Below, one piece after another: positions 50,186 through 62,049 of a DNA stretch of 64,000 bases (positions are counted from its first letter, which is position 1; each line of letters opens with the position of its first letter). The DNA is from Isurus oxyrinchus. Its lineage: Eukaryota. The translations under genes were made by a program, and so were the position numbers. Location of the stretch: the NCBI GenBank assembly GCA_026770705.1, contig JANJGN010000026.1, positions 39,990,001 to 40,054,000 of the forward strand, read 5' to 3'. The notes under the pieces are model-generated. The model did no database searches, had not been told where the DNA came from, and saw only the letters and a program-made list of their open reading frames with translations.

Positions 50186-51848
50186 TCAGAGGTATAGCAG
50201 CAAACTGAAAGTTCTGGGAGGGCCTTTAATAGGTGGTGTTATCCTATGTAGTGTCCGCCTGCGAGAAATTGTGCTGTCTGCACTTGCTGTCTCAGTGATC
50301 CCCCCTTCTTTCTGTGAAATAAACTATCCCAAGGAGACAGTTTCCAGCCCTCCTGCCCCGCTGCTGAAGGACAAGTCATTTTTTCAATCAATGTCCTATC
50401 CGAGTGCCTGACTGCAACAACACTTAGATCAGTATCAGAATGTTCATGTGTTGAAAACATATCCCGCAAGTTTACTGTAAACTGAATTGTTGAGTCGAAT
50501 TGGAGGTGGGGGCAGGAGTTCAAATGTGAATTTGTGAAATAAATTCCCAGCTGGAATGGAAGACGTCGAGACTTCTACAGAGTTCAAGGAAATATTTGGG
50601 GCATCGTGGGGGAAGGTTCAGAACATCTGCGAATGATTGATGTTAAATTGGCCGCATGGTCTCCAACATACCGAATGATCGAATGAACTGGTGCACGGCA
50701 GGAACTGCATAGTGTCTGAAGTAAAACTATAAAACTCTGGAGAAGTTCAGCAGGTTTGCAGCTTTGGAGAGTCGGAAACAGATTTTAGTCGATGATATTC
50801 ATCATAACTGGAAAAAACTGTAGATGTAACAGGTTGTAAATAATTACGGAGGCAGGCATAGGCGGCATTACATAAAGAAGAAAATGGTAGATCAGTGAAA
50901 CGGTGGCTGGCAGGATAGGTTAAAAGTTACAGGCGAGGTGGCCCAAGGGAAAAATGTAATGGGGCAAGTAAAGAAACGAAATGTAGCTCTGGCGGAGGTG
51001 TACTTAAGGAAAGCAGATTCATCCCTTCGAGTTTCCATCCAAAATGCAAAGAGAAAACATAGAAAGAAGAACAAAGTGCTGTAGAAAAATTGTTAAATGC
51101 AATCTTGAATCCGGAAGGTTAACAAGTGCTGGAAAGCTGCACCTTGTAGTTCCAATCACCGCCACCAGTGGGCAGTGGGAGACTGTTGTGATCAGTGTTG
51201 GGGAGAATTCCATTTTGAGAACAATATTCGGTAACTTTATTGAAGAAAATGTCATTGAAGGAACACATGTGGAAACAAAAATTATTTTAATATTCATAGC
51301 ATGTTTTATATTGTTTAACGTAATTCATTATAATGAGCTGTCAATGTTGCTATTACTGTTGGCATGTTGTTAATATTTGAAAAAAAAAGTTCGCGCTGCA
51401 TCCAAGTGGGGAGGCACACGGGTTCACAATATGAAAGGAGACTGTTGGGCAAATCTTTCTGTTGTCACACTGAGAATGATCGCAATCTGGAATAAAGCTT
51501 CAGTCAGAATGCGGAAGGACAATGCACTCGAATCGTTGGATGCTGCAGTTGAAGGCGAGATGTAGGGTCTCCCCCGAAAAGAAACCTATTGTAAGAGGGA
51601 GAGAATAGCTGTTCTAATTTGTCTATCTAACTATATTGTGCACTGTAGCTTGGCGGGAACTCACGTACTTACCGGTACATGCCATCAGAGAGCAGTGTGA
51701 ACCAATGAGAAAATTGAATGTGGGCGGACCGGAGCGAGATCACAAACAGTGTGAGCTGGTGTCAGTGTGACACGCTGAGTGTGGGCGGGTAAATCCCAAG
51801 ACTAAGCTTCTTATGTTAGTTCGACAATAAGGCGCCTCTGAGTTGGAC

Positions 51849-52326
51849 CTGAAGCCCGTGTGTAGCTTCTTGTTAATTCTGCTGAATATAATATCCATCT
51901 TCTGTTTCTAACCTGACCTCCCTGGGCAATCGTTTCAGCCGCTTTTTCATGTGATCTGATAATGATCAGAATTTACATAATCTGTTTTTCACTCTGATCT
52001 ACAAGGAGGTGGCCGGTAAGGATGAGGTGGTGCAGCTCCCTGGGCAGGTGGTCTTTAGGGAAGCGGAAATCGTAACCATGAACTGCACTCGCACCACAGC
52101 GTTTAACCTCGTGTTTTGGTACAGACAGCTCCCGAATCAGCCACCCCAGTATCTGGTAATGGCCACAAGAGGAACCGGTCATCAAGGGAGGATCACGGCT
52201 TCAATCGGTGAAGGCAGCAAACTCAGTATCCTGACTGTGAGCGATGCCCAAGCTACAGACACTGCCACCTATCTCTGCGCTGTGGGCCACAGTGTAAAAA
52301 ACATATGTGGCGCTCGTACAGAAACC
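51849..52326 (+). pseudogene. TCR alpha/delta V with open V exon and canonical 23-RSS but defective leader
   Basis: V 52009-52287 KDEVVQLPGQVVFREAEIVTMNCTRTTAFNLVFWYRQLPNQPPQYLV...SDAQATDTATYLCAVG; CACAGTG+23+ACAGAAACC. Leader starts CTG rather than ATG, donor GTTTCT is weak, and available acceptors are phase 0. Confidence 0.85.
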
Positions 52327-53250
52327 TGCACCGAGTGCGAGAGCCGCTTTACTGTTTTTGGACCATCAGCATTGCGAGTGGCGCCGTTATAAAATGATCC
52401 GTAGGTAGGAGATATGAGTGCCAAAATAAAGAAAACATAGAAGAGAAAGATTGAAAGAGAGTCAGAAATAAACAGAGCTGCAAACATAGACGAAGAAAAA
52501 GGAAGAGTAAAGACGTAAGCCAGAATATGTAGCGCAAAAGAACGAGAGAAAAAGTGCAGTAATAATACTTGAACAGGACATATATTCAGGAAACTACTGA
52601 AAGAGACAGCAAAAAGAGATAGGAAGAAAAGAGAGAGAAAGGAGGTGAAGAAAACGGATTTAACCATTGAGGACAGACGTGCACTGAGCTGATCCACCGG
52701 GGCAACCCCACTCAAGGGCATTGACCAGATCTTCTTTTCATTCAATCAGTTGCATTGTTCAGCTGAATAAATTTTATTAAGCTATACGTTTCATTTTCTC
52801 TGGTTTATCTGTTTTTACTTCTAATTAACCCCTTCTGTTCAGTTTGTCGTTGTTCACTTCCCTCCAGCTCCGCGATTCACTTTGCGATCGGTCGATTGCC
52901 CCATTAACGTGACCCCGGTCTCAGTTTCTGTAATATGTTGTCGCTCAGGTTCAATGGAGGTTGGGTTTCAGTACCCTCTTCCTTGGAGATTATCTCAACA
53001 TAGCTCCCTGATTTTAGTGACAGAAATAGTTGATTAGAAACGGGAAGGAGAGTTTAATTGGCAGATTTATCTTTGGCGTCGCTCCGATTGGATTCTGAAG
53101 TTTGTTCCTCTCGGCCGCTCCTGGAAACTGTTGGTGACAACCTTATTCAAGGTTTATTTGGTTTCCTCTCGCATCTTGTTTGAAATGCTTCATTGGTGCG
53201 ATTGCGCACACCCGTCAACAGATAGGAGCTCAGACATACAGTCCAAAGCA

Positions 53251-53756
53251 GGTTTTTTGTGCAGGTGTGGAATTGCTTTCCACAGCTCTGTGTCCCAGGG
53301 AGCGCAGTGATGCACCGCAGGCATCATTACTAAAGGGTAAATCTGGACTAAACAAGTTTTATTTTACCTCTAATTTCCAAAGTATGGATTGAATCTGAAC
53401 TTTAAACATCCGTGAGTCAATTTTTTTTTTCCCCAATGGGCCCTGTTTTTCAAATATGATTCACAGGGATTATATTACTCAGTCGCTCTCCTCAGATGCC
53501 AAGGCAGAAGGAGCTACGCTGAATTTAAGTCACATCTATGATACTGCTTGAAGCAGATATAATTTATACCGTTACCGGCAACACTCAGACACGCAGCCCG
53601 AGTTTCGACTGTGGAAATATTCTCTTGGTAATTTAGATGAAGCAGAGTTTGACGAAGTCGTTTCTCTACAGATCTACAGACCTCGACTAAGTTCATCAGT
53701 TGAAATATTTCAAGGCTTCAGCTGCCTGACGCAGCCCAGATGCTGAGTCGCCACAT
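53251..53756 (-). pseudogene. TCR V pseudogene with internal inversion (~53320-53736)
   Basis: Minus: promoter+ATG (MWRLSI, 53756) and 3' end AVHHCAPW+CACAGAG+25+ACAAAAAAC. Plus, between them: leader end, GTAAAT donor, intron, DYITQSLSSDAKAEGATLNL...YRQHSDTQPEF...ISRLQLPDAA. Confidence 0.8.
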
Positions 53757-53989
53757 TGCCACTGTCCGCTCTGTAAAAGGGGAGTTGGATATTTGAAGGC
53801 GCCCTTTTACATCTTCACTCTCAATGATCTGCTGCCGTGTCTCATGATGCTCTCACCTCACTTTCCTCTATCTTCGGTGGTGTCCTGAGTCCGGTAAGTG
53901 GTGATCTGGTTGTCAGTTAGTGGAAACACCTCGAATTCGGCTATAGTCAGTGCAGAAGGGTGCACCCTCCGATCCCGCAAAGTGGAAGA

Positions 53990-55765
53990 GGTGAAGTTAC
54001 ACTCTCCAATTACAAAGAGACCAGAGACTCTCAGGCTTCTTTTAACCGGTTTTATTCAAGCATATGCAAGGCAGCTGCAATCATTTCTAAGAATGAAGAC
54101 CCAGTTCCCAGATTGATTACTTTTCATTACTTATGTACTTTTTCTTATCATAATACATTTGAATACATTTGAATACATCCAATCGGTAACCGACACACCG
54201 GTCTCATGGTAACCCCATCCGATTGAGTAAATAAACATGTGATTTTGCTAACCAATTATTCTAAAGGAGATATACATAATTATGTTATCCAATCAAAATT
54301 AAAACTCGTACAACAAAGACCTTGGTTTTCACAGCTCAAGACTGTTTGCGTTTCATCAAAGCCCCCTCTTTGTCCATTGTATGTCTTCCCATATCTAAGT
54401 TAAAACCATCTGCCCCTTCCCTATGTGAAAGGGGAGTACACTTAATCTATTTTATGCCCTGCTTGTGTCTTCAGCCTGATTCTCAAGTCTGTGCAATATT
54501 CATCTGTTAATCGTCAACTCTTAATATGCTTAGCAGCCATGTCTACCTGAGGATTTTAAGTTTTCTTCAGTAAATTCTTACAGTATTCTCTTTTAGCACG
54601 TTTAATTTCTCCCTAAGAGTCACTTTTTTCATAGACGTGATGGTGTCGTTGTTAAAAACTTTGGGATCATGTGTGTAAGGGTGGGGTGGGGTAGCAGAAT
54701 GGTGGGAGGGGACAAAATTCATTGATTGGTTCTTGTGATTATTAATGATTTTGGTTTACTCCAGCGTTAATTCTCCCTCTTACATTTAGCAGCTTCACCA
54801 ACAGGATGCTGCTAACTGTGACTCCAGTGACCCTTTCCTGACAGATCAGGGAACCAGTGGTTGAAGTTTGATTCTGTAATTCTTCGGAGTTATTTATGGG
54901 GTCTTCATATTAGAACAATGATACCTGTTGTTACTGAACAAAAAATTTTACAGACCGAAAGAATTAGCTCACGCTTTAATTTAAATTTCACCTAAGTTCC
55001 ACAATGAACTACATTTTTGACAACTGCCCTTATAGTGTCTTAACTGAAATATCCATGAAATATTACCCAAGTTAAGAAATTGCCTTCGACTGCAAATAGA
55101 AGTACAATCTACAGCTTCCCAGAAACAAAACGTGCTGATGTGGTTTTGAAAAAGCAGATTCTAACAAACTGTTTCACAGGACCAATGTTCTCCAGGCCTC
55201 AGGCTGCTACTTTCTACAATTAAAAACCTTTCACATGCAAAACAAAGGAGCTGGTCTCCAGTGAGACATCCCCGCCCCCGCCGCCCTCCTCCTCCCGCCC
55301 CCAGCAATTCACTGCAGCTTAAAGGCTGCTTTCCTAAATACTTTTTTTCTTTTTCATGTTCCCCATTGTCTTCACAAACCCCTTTAACCTTGGGTTTCCC
55401 AAATATTAAAACCTTTCATGTTCCTATGTTACCTTTATTTCGCATCTCACGAATCTCCGGTAAGATGAAAATGTTCTTTGAACCTCTTTTGAAATGCACT
55501 AGCTGCACAGGAATTTTAACACAACACCAAATATATATTTCAAATCTACTTTGTTTACTTGTAAATTAAAACCCACCACAAGACCTCAATTCAAATGCAA
55601 AGAGATAACACATTTACTCTTTCACCCCTTAGACTCCACAAAGAATTTGACTCCAGGAACCTCTGCATTGATTAACCCTGAACATACACAGGCACAGCTT
55701 TCCTTACCTACACAGGGTATATTCATAAACACACAAAAATAAAAAGATGCACATATAATCACACC
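53990..55765 (-). mobile_element. Probable solo-LTR-like insertions (about 53990-54616 and 54926-55762)
   Basis: TG starts, a CA end on the second block, reverse polyA signal near 54050, no coding capacity; target-site duplications not convincing. Confidence 0.3.
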
Positions 55766-56273
55766 TCTCATTGGTTTAATGTGGCAGGAGGGAGAATAGC
55801 TCTAGACTGGTTTCATAGCCTCCAGGGTAAGATGTAGAGCGGGTTCTCGTTGACATGAACTCGTTAGCAGCAGAAGATGAATATCTCTACAACTCTCACT
55901 CAGATTACAAAAGCACATGGAGCAAAGAAATAAACAAATCACAAGATTTTTAGATTTAGCTTTTCCCCTTTATCATCGATCCCCTCTAACTGTACAGTTC
56001 ATTGCTTCAGAAAACTGATCTCACCTCGGCTCTTTATTCCTCCTCCATTTTCCATACCTTCCACTCACCTGTCCCACTCATTGCTTAGTATCTGAAGCCT
56101 ATCCTTCAATATGTGGGTTTACTTTGTGATCCTATTGTCCAATGGACGCTCACATACCATTAAAGTATTCTGATTTGAATTATTAAATTGCTATCTATTA
56201 CAAAATGAGTCAGATTTTGGAGATACAGCAGTTAACCCGCTGCCCTGGCCTGATGAAAGGAACGTTGTGGCAT

Positions 56274-56291
56274 TACGCCCCCTGGTGGGCA
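56274..56291 (-). promoter_or_regulatory. Intergenic CTCF motif
   Basis: Minus strand TGCCCACCAGGGGGCGTA, near-perfect consensus. Confidence 0.7.
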
Positions 56292-56762
56292 TTCTATGAA
56301 GTGTTCAGATGCCCCTGAGAGGCTGTGAGAGATCCAATGTTCATTCAATAACCCGATATGAGATTTCTGGTTCAAAGGAAGCTCGGTTGGAGCAGTTTTG
56401 AATTCACATGCCGAGCAGAAACAATGGTTTATATAGTTAAACTATATACTGGAAAAAGGAAAGTTCAACAATTATGGGTAAAAGTGGAGACAGGCAATGA
56501 TAAGGCACAGGGCCAAAAAGGAAATCATCAGACAAAGGGTGAGTTCAGGCTGCATTGGTGCATTTGTGGAGTTTGTATTTTATTACATATATAACTTAAA
56601 ATTACAAACGAATATATTTTTGCCAGTGGACCTCATCTGTTCGTTTTGAGTGCCTTACTTCATTACACTTTTTAAAACCTCTTTGTGACTCTCCCTGAAT
56701 TATTGCTTCCGTTTATTGCTGCGAGAATGGCCTCTCTTGAGCAGTAACTGGAATATTCAACG

Positions 56763-57270
56763 TCTTTTTGTTTGGGATCCGCTGTATCCCTGAAACTGCG
56801 TCGTGCTCATGGTACAGAAAAACAAGACGGGGTCGGAGATCAGGACATTGATGATCGTTGACTCGTTGGTATTAGCAGTTTTACTGAACATGCAGGAGAA
56901 TCGATCAGCAATTTAAAGGTTCTTGTTGACTGTCTCTCCGATGATCTGGAACACCCACTGCGACCTGAATCGGTAGTGCTGACTGTAACAGAAAACTGAA
57001 GGGTTAGAATCACTTGTTTCCGAGATGCAGCTCACTGTGACATTAATCTCCTTTTCAAGCATCATTTCTGGAACTAACTTTTCCACTGAGTTTTGTTCCC
57101 TCTTTTCTAACATAAAATAAAGCAACGCTCATTACCGTCATCATTACCATTGTCACAGTTTTATTTTTTAGCAGAATTAATAGCTAAACTACGGCAGTCA
57201 GGGGGATAATTGATTTTATTAGGAAGGAAGTACGTACTCAGCAGTGATTTAATGATGAGGAAATGGCAAT
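56763..57270 (-). pseudogene. TCR alpha/delta V pseudogene (paralog of 40840-41370)
   Basis: V exon 57106-56803 QNSVEKLVPEMMLEKEINVTVSCISETSDSNPSVFCYSQ...L*IADRFS...ISDPVLFFCTM; Trp lost, stop, heptamer decayed, nonamer ACAAAAAGA. Confidence 0.85.
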
Positions 57271-57976
57271 GCGAGCTGCTGTTTGAGTTTGTAACCCCGC
57301 ATTCATTTAATTCTCTGTCGGATCAGAAATGCAGATTTCCATCCCAGTGCACTGCTGATCCAAACAAATGCCAAACAGGGAGTAACGGCAGCATTCTGCC
57401 CAAAAAAAACAGAGCAAGCAAGGCAGTCAATGTAAAGCAGAAGGCGAAAGCTGCGGGCGAGGCTGAGGCAGTGCTTGTTATTGCAGTGTTATTGCAGAAT
57501 CCATTTGTCATGTTCTGAATTCAATAGTAACGTACCCATCAGAAATTCTGTAACTTTGCATCCCTATAAGGTCTGCCGTCGCTTCATATTCATTGCAAAT
57601 TCGAAGTCAAAAGGCTCGCGGATGGAAACGCAGAATGATTATGTTGTTCAATATTTACTAAAATCTTCATCATTGACACTGGTGTAAAAGAACACTGGGA
57701 CTGAAATTGGCGATGACAAATAGAGCAAAACGGCAATAGATTCCTATTTTCTGGTTGATGCACACACTTAAACTTAACTATCTTATGAAATTGTGGAAGT
57801 GTAACGGAAAATATCACATTAAAAACTATAAATCTGGCATAAAACGATTTTAGGTTAATTTGTATTCAGAAAATCGATATTAGCCGATGCAACGTAGACG
57901 GGTGAAAATCACGATCTGTGTACACTACCTGCTGGGTGGGGTTAAAGCATCCGCATTTACTGATCTCACAGGGCAC

Positions 57977-58312
57977 GGATACTGGACGAAAATTCCCCAG
58001 TGCCTTCTCCCCGTGGGTCATAGGACACAAAGGTAAACTGCACGATTATTGAACTGCACCTCAGTCAGTGTAAAATCATTTAATTTTCAGAACGATTCAA
58101 TAATTGACAGAGATCGGCCATTAGGACAACCCTTTCCATAGGAGTGTTTTCTAATTATGAAAGTTGACGCCTTGCTGTGGGTCTGACTATAACGTTCAAT
58201 GTATAACAGCTTGATCCAGCGGTTCAACAGTTATAATTAATCTTCGTTGAGGTCCTTTCCAGATATTGGGTTGCTGATGGCCACTGCTTGGTGGAGTCTC
58301 CAGAACTCAATC
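57977..58312 (-). pseudogene. TCR V pseudogene (not in the ORF track)
   Basis: TTTCTGTAG|GLSSGDSTKQWPSATQYLERTSTKINYNC*TAGSSCYTL..YSQTHSKASTFIIRK...LTEVQFNNRAVYLCVL, then CACGGGG+23+decayed nonamer. Confidence 0.75.
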
Positions 58313-58929
58313 CTACAGAAAGGATTTCTGGTTACTCGTGCAAAGAGCATGAAGAACAGATCATTGGCATGTTTCCGTAATAATATGTCGGTTTATTTAA
58401 CAGTATATACACAGGGAGACAAAGAGGAAGAGAGAGAAAGGCTTGAATAACGGCTGGACATTCATAGGTAGACAGGTTGATAAACAAATGTAGAGATACA
58501 GATGGTGAAACAGAGAGAAAGACAAAAACAGGGAAAGAGAGAGGGAGAGAGAAACAGTGAGAGAGACAGATAGATAGAGAATAATGGAAGGAGATCGAGG
58601 GAGAGTAGGAGAGAGAGAGCTAGAGAATAGAAAGTGAGGGGCGTAGTTGTGTGTGACGGAGAGAGAGAGAGAGAAAGGCAGAGAGGCAAAAAGGCAGCCA
58701 ACTAGACAGACCCAGACATTATTCATTAGAAGATTGTTGTAGTAAGAGTGAAATGGACAAGCAGACACCTATATAGTAAGATTTAAACCAAACAGATAGT
58801 ACCGCACGAACGACAAACATAGCAGGAACTCGAAACTCCATTTTGGCCGCTTTTAACCCGTTTATGCCTGAGTGTGAATATTGTTTCTACATCTATTTAT
58901 CTATCTGTATTTGTGGTGGGGAGCATTTG

Positions 58930-59795
58930 AGTGGGAATTAGGGGGGTCCTTCTCAGGATGGCGGCTGGTGACTAGTGAAGTTCCGCAGGGGTCAGTTTTG
59001 GGACAACAGCTTTTCACTTTATACATTAATGATACAGATGAAGGAACTGAGGGCATCCTGGCTAAGTTTGTAGATGACGCAAAGATAGGTGGAGGGACAG
59101 GTAGCATTGAGGAGGCATGGAGGCTGCAGAAGAATTTGGACAGGTTAGGAGAATGGGCAAAGAAGTGGCAGATGGAATAAAATGTGAGGAAATGTGAGGT
59201 CATGAACTTTGGTAGGAAGAATGGAGACATGGACTATTTTCTAAATGGGGAGAGAATTCAGAAATCTGGAGTGCAAACGGACTTGGGAATCCTAGTCCAG
59301 GATTCTCTTAAGGTTAACTTGCAGGTTGATGTGGTAGTTAGGAAGGCAAATGCAATGTTGGCATTTATTCCGAGAGGACCAGAATATAAAAGCAGGAATG
59401 TGCTGCTGAGGCTTTAAAAGGCCCTGGTTAGACCACATTTAGAATATTGTGAGCAATTTTGGGCCCCGTATCTCAGGAAGGATGTGCTGGCACTGGAGAG
59501 GGTCCAGGGTAGGTTCACGAGAACGATCCCAGGAATGAAACGCTTAACATATGAGGAACGTTTGAGGACTCTGGGTCTATACTTGATGGAGTTTAGAAGG
59601 GTGAGAGGGGATCTGATTGAAACTTACAGAATACTGAAAGGCCTGGATAGAGTGGATGTGGGGAAGATATTTCCATTAGTAGGAGAGACTAGGACCTGAG
59701 GGCACAACCTCAAAGTAAAGGGAAGACCTTTCAGAACAGATATGAAGCGAAACTTCTTTAGCCAGAAAGTGCTGAATCTATGTCATTCATTGCAC
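58930..59795 (+). mobile_element. CR1 LINE RT fragment
   Basis: [50 protein letters not shown]. Confidence 0.9.
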
Positions 59796-60175
59796 AGTGG
59801 TCGCCCAGTCTGAATTTGGTCTCTCCAATGTAGAGGAGACCGCATGGGGAGCAACGAATGCAGCAGAGCAAATTGAAGGAGGTGCAAATGAAGCGCTGCT
59901 TCGCCTGAAAGGAGTCTTTGGGCCCGTGGGCGGTGAGGAAGGACGAGGTAATGGGGCAGGTGTTGCACCTTCTGCGATTGCCAACTCCAGCACGATGCCA
60001 CCACCAAACACACCAACCCTTCACCAACCCTGTCGGCATTCTGTGGGGGCTGTTTCCTCGACGACAGCCTGGTCCACTCCTCCATCACCCCTAACACTTC
60101 ATCAATCTCCCAAGGCACCTTCCTGTGCAATCGCAGAAGGTGCATCACCTGCCCCTTTACCTCCTCCCTCCTCAC
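59795..60175. mobile_element. Rearranged (inverted) Penelope-like fragment
   Basis: RCNTCP...CIRCSPCGLLYIGETKFRLGDH GIY-YIG motif on minus, joined to an opposite-orientation piece. Confidence 0.8.
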
Positions 60176-60700
60176 AAAAATTATGCTGTTTAACTTTAAT
60201 GAAAGGCCACTGACGGTGAAGGAAGGCGATTCAATATAATGTTACGTCTGAGATGATGTAGGCCATGTGTTCAAACTGCTGGGAAGGTTTCGGTTTATTT
60301 TCCGGAGATGCGTGTGCTGTCATGATTGGATTTATTGCCTAACTTTATTTGCCTTTATGTAACTGAGCACCTTGCTGGGCCATATGTCCAGAATGTTAAG
60401 AAAAACGACTTTCGTGTAGTACTGACGCTCCTCTCTTGGGCCAACTGGGTACTGATAACAACTGCGGACCCACCAGCAACGACAACATCTCAGAATAAAT
60501 TTACATGTCACGTCCTTTCGTCCAATCAGATTGGATCTCTCCCTCATATGCTAATTTATCTCAGGAGCGGCTATCGGATGCTCCTGGTTTGTTTAACCCG
60601 GCACACACGAGCAACTCAACATAAGTACTCGATCAGCTTCCCGCAAAGGACAATCAGATCAACCTGCAGAGGCGCACTGCGGCTGGGATTCACAGAGATC

Positions 60701-61160
60701 ATGCATTTAAAATTCACCCTTTTAACTACCCTCACCTACTTAGCATTTGGTAAGTCTACATGGGAAGTTATAGTACAAACCATTAAAAACTCACTGATTC
60801 TTAGAAAATTCGCAATTCAGTTGTAATCTATACTTTCAATTAGATCTGAGTCACGAAGATTCTGTGTCCCAGGGTTGGTCAGCAGTCGTCCTGAAAATCG
60901 GACAGACGTTCAGAACGCAGTGCAGCTATTCGACAACAGCAACCTGGTATGACCTGTACTGGTACCGAAAGTATCCCGATGATCGCCCGGAGATGATTGT
61001 GTGGAGAAGTACCAGTGGCAGTGGAGGGAAAGCGGAAAACATTGGGAATCGCTTCAGTTCTGTAATAAACAAATCGTCAAAAACGTCTGTTTTAACAGTC
61101 ACTGCTCTTCAGCTGAGCGACACGGCACTCTACCTTTGTGGATTCGCCCGATCAGATCGA
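60701..61160 (+). CDS. TCR alpha/delta (Vdelta-like) V segment, apparently functional (leader 60701-60749, V exon 60844-61160)
   Basis: MHLKFTLLTTLTYLAF|DLSHEDSVSQGWSAVVLKIGQTFRTQCSYSTTATWYDLYWYRKYPDDRPEMIVWRSTSGSGGKAENIGNRFSSVINKSSKTSVLTVTALQLSDTALYLCGFARSDR; GTAAGT/AG phase 1; no stop. Confidence 0.94.
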
Positions 61161-61199
61161 CACAGTGACACAACCCAATCCTTCTCTCGTACAAAAACT
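61161..61199 (+). other. Canonical 23-RSS
   Basis: CACAGTG+23 bp+ACAAAAACT. Confidence 0.96.
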
Positions 61200-62049
61200 G
61201 ACTGCATCTGTTTTCACAGAGGATGTTTCATTGTGGTCAGGACGAGGTTGCAACAAGACTGCAATTCCCATGAACTGATCAAACCGCCATAGCACTGGCG
61301 CCTATCCTGCTCTTTGAAAGCTCTATCCAATTAATTTCAACTGACCTACCTTGCCCCACTGCATTGGAATATATAACTTCCTTCAAGAAATTATCCAATT
61401 GACTTTTTGATAGTTACTATTGAATCTGCTTCTACCACCATTTCCAGCAATGCATTCCATACAACAACTCGTATGTAAAAATATCGACTCATCTCTATCT
61501 CGTTTTTTTTTGTCGATCACGTCGTATCAGTTTCCTATTATTGAGGACTTTACTTCCAATAGAAGCAATTTTTCCATAACCTACTCTATCAAAATTTGGA
61601 GCAGTTATATTCAATCTGCTCTCAACTGCCTTTGCTCAAACCAGAATAATCTTAGCCTTTCGAGTCACTCCATATGGCTGAAGTCCAGCATCTTTGGTTC
61701 CATTCTAATAAATCTGCTCTGCATCCATTCGAGTCCTAATATCCTTTCTGAATTGTTACGCATAGGTTTAAGTAGAGTAATCTATCAGATATATCAACAT
61801 GGATTATATAATCATTTTTGGGATGTGCACCGCCAGCATTTATTGTCCAATCGTAATTATTTCTGCAAATAATATGCTTTATCCGTAAAATAACTAAGTA
61901 CTTTCCAAAACATTTCAAACTGAAATTGCAATAATCCTTAACTTTTGTCCATGCAGCGTGTTGCACTCTGAGGTGCATCATTATAACTGCATTTACTATA
62001 TACAGTCAATGACAAGTGTACAGCCCGAGGAGTTTTACACAGTTAACCG

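Noticed and set aside
57977-58312. NAR-TCR supporting Vdelta, suggested by a Cys in CDR1 (SSCY)
   Set aside because: The segment is heavily mutated, TAT>TGT explains the Cys, and no NAR V-D-J cassette was found in the window.
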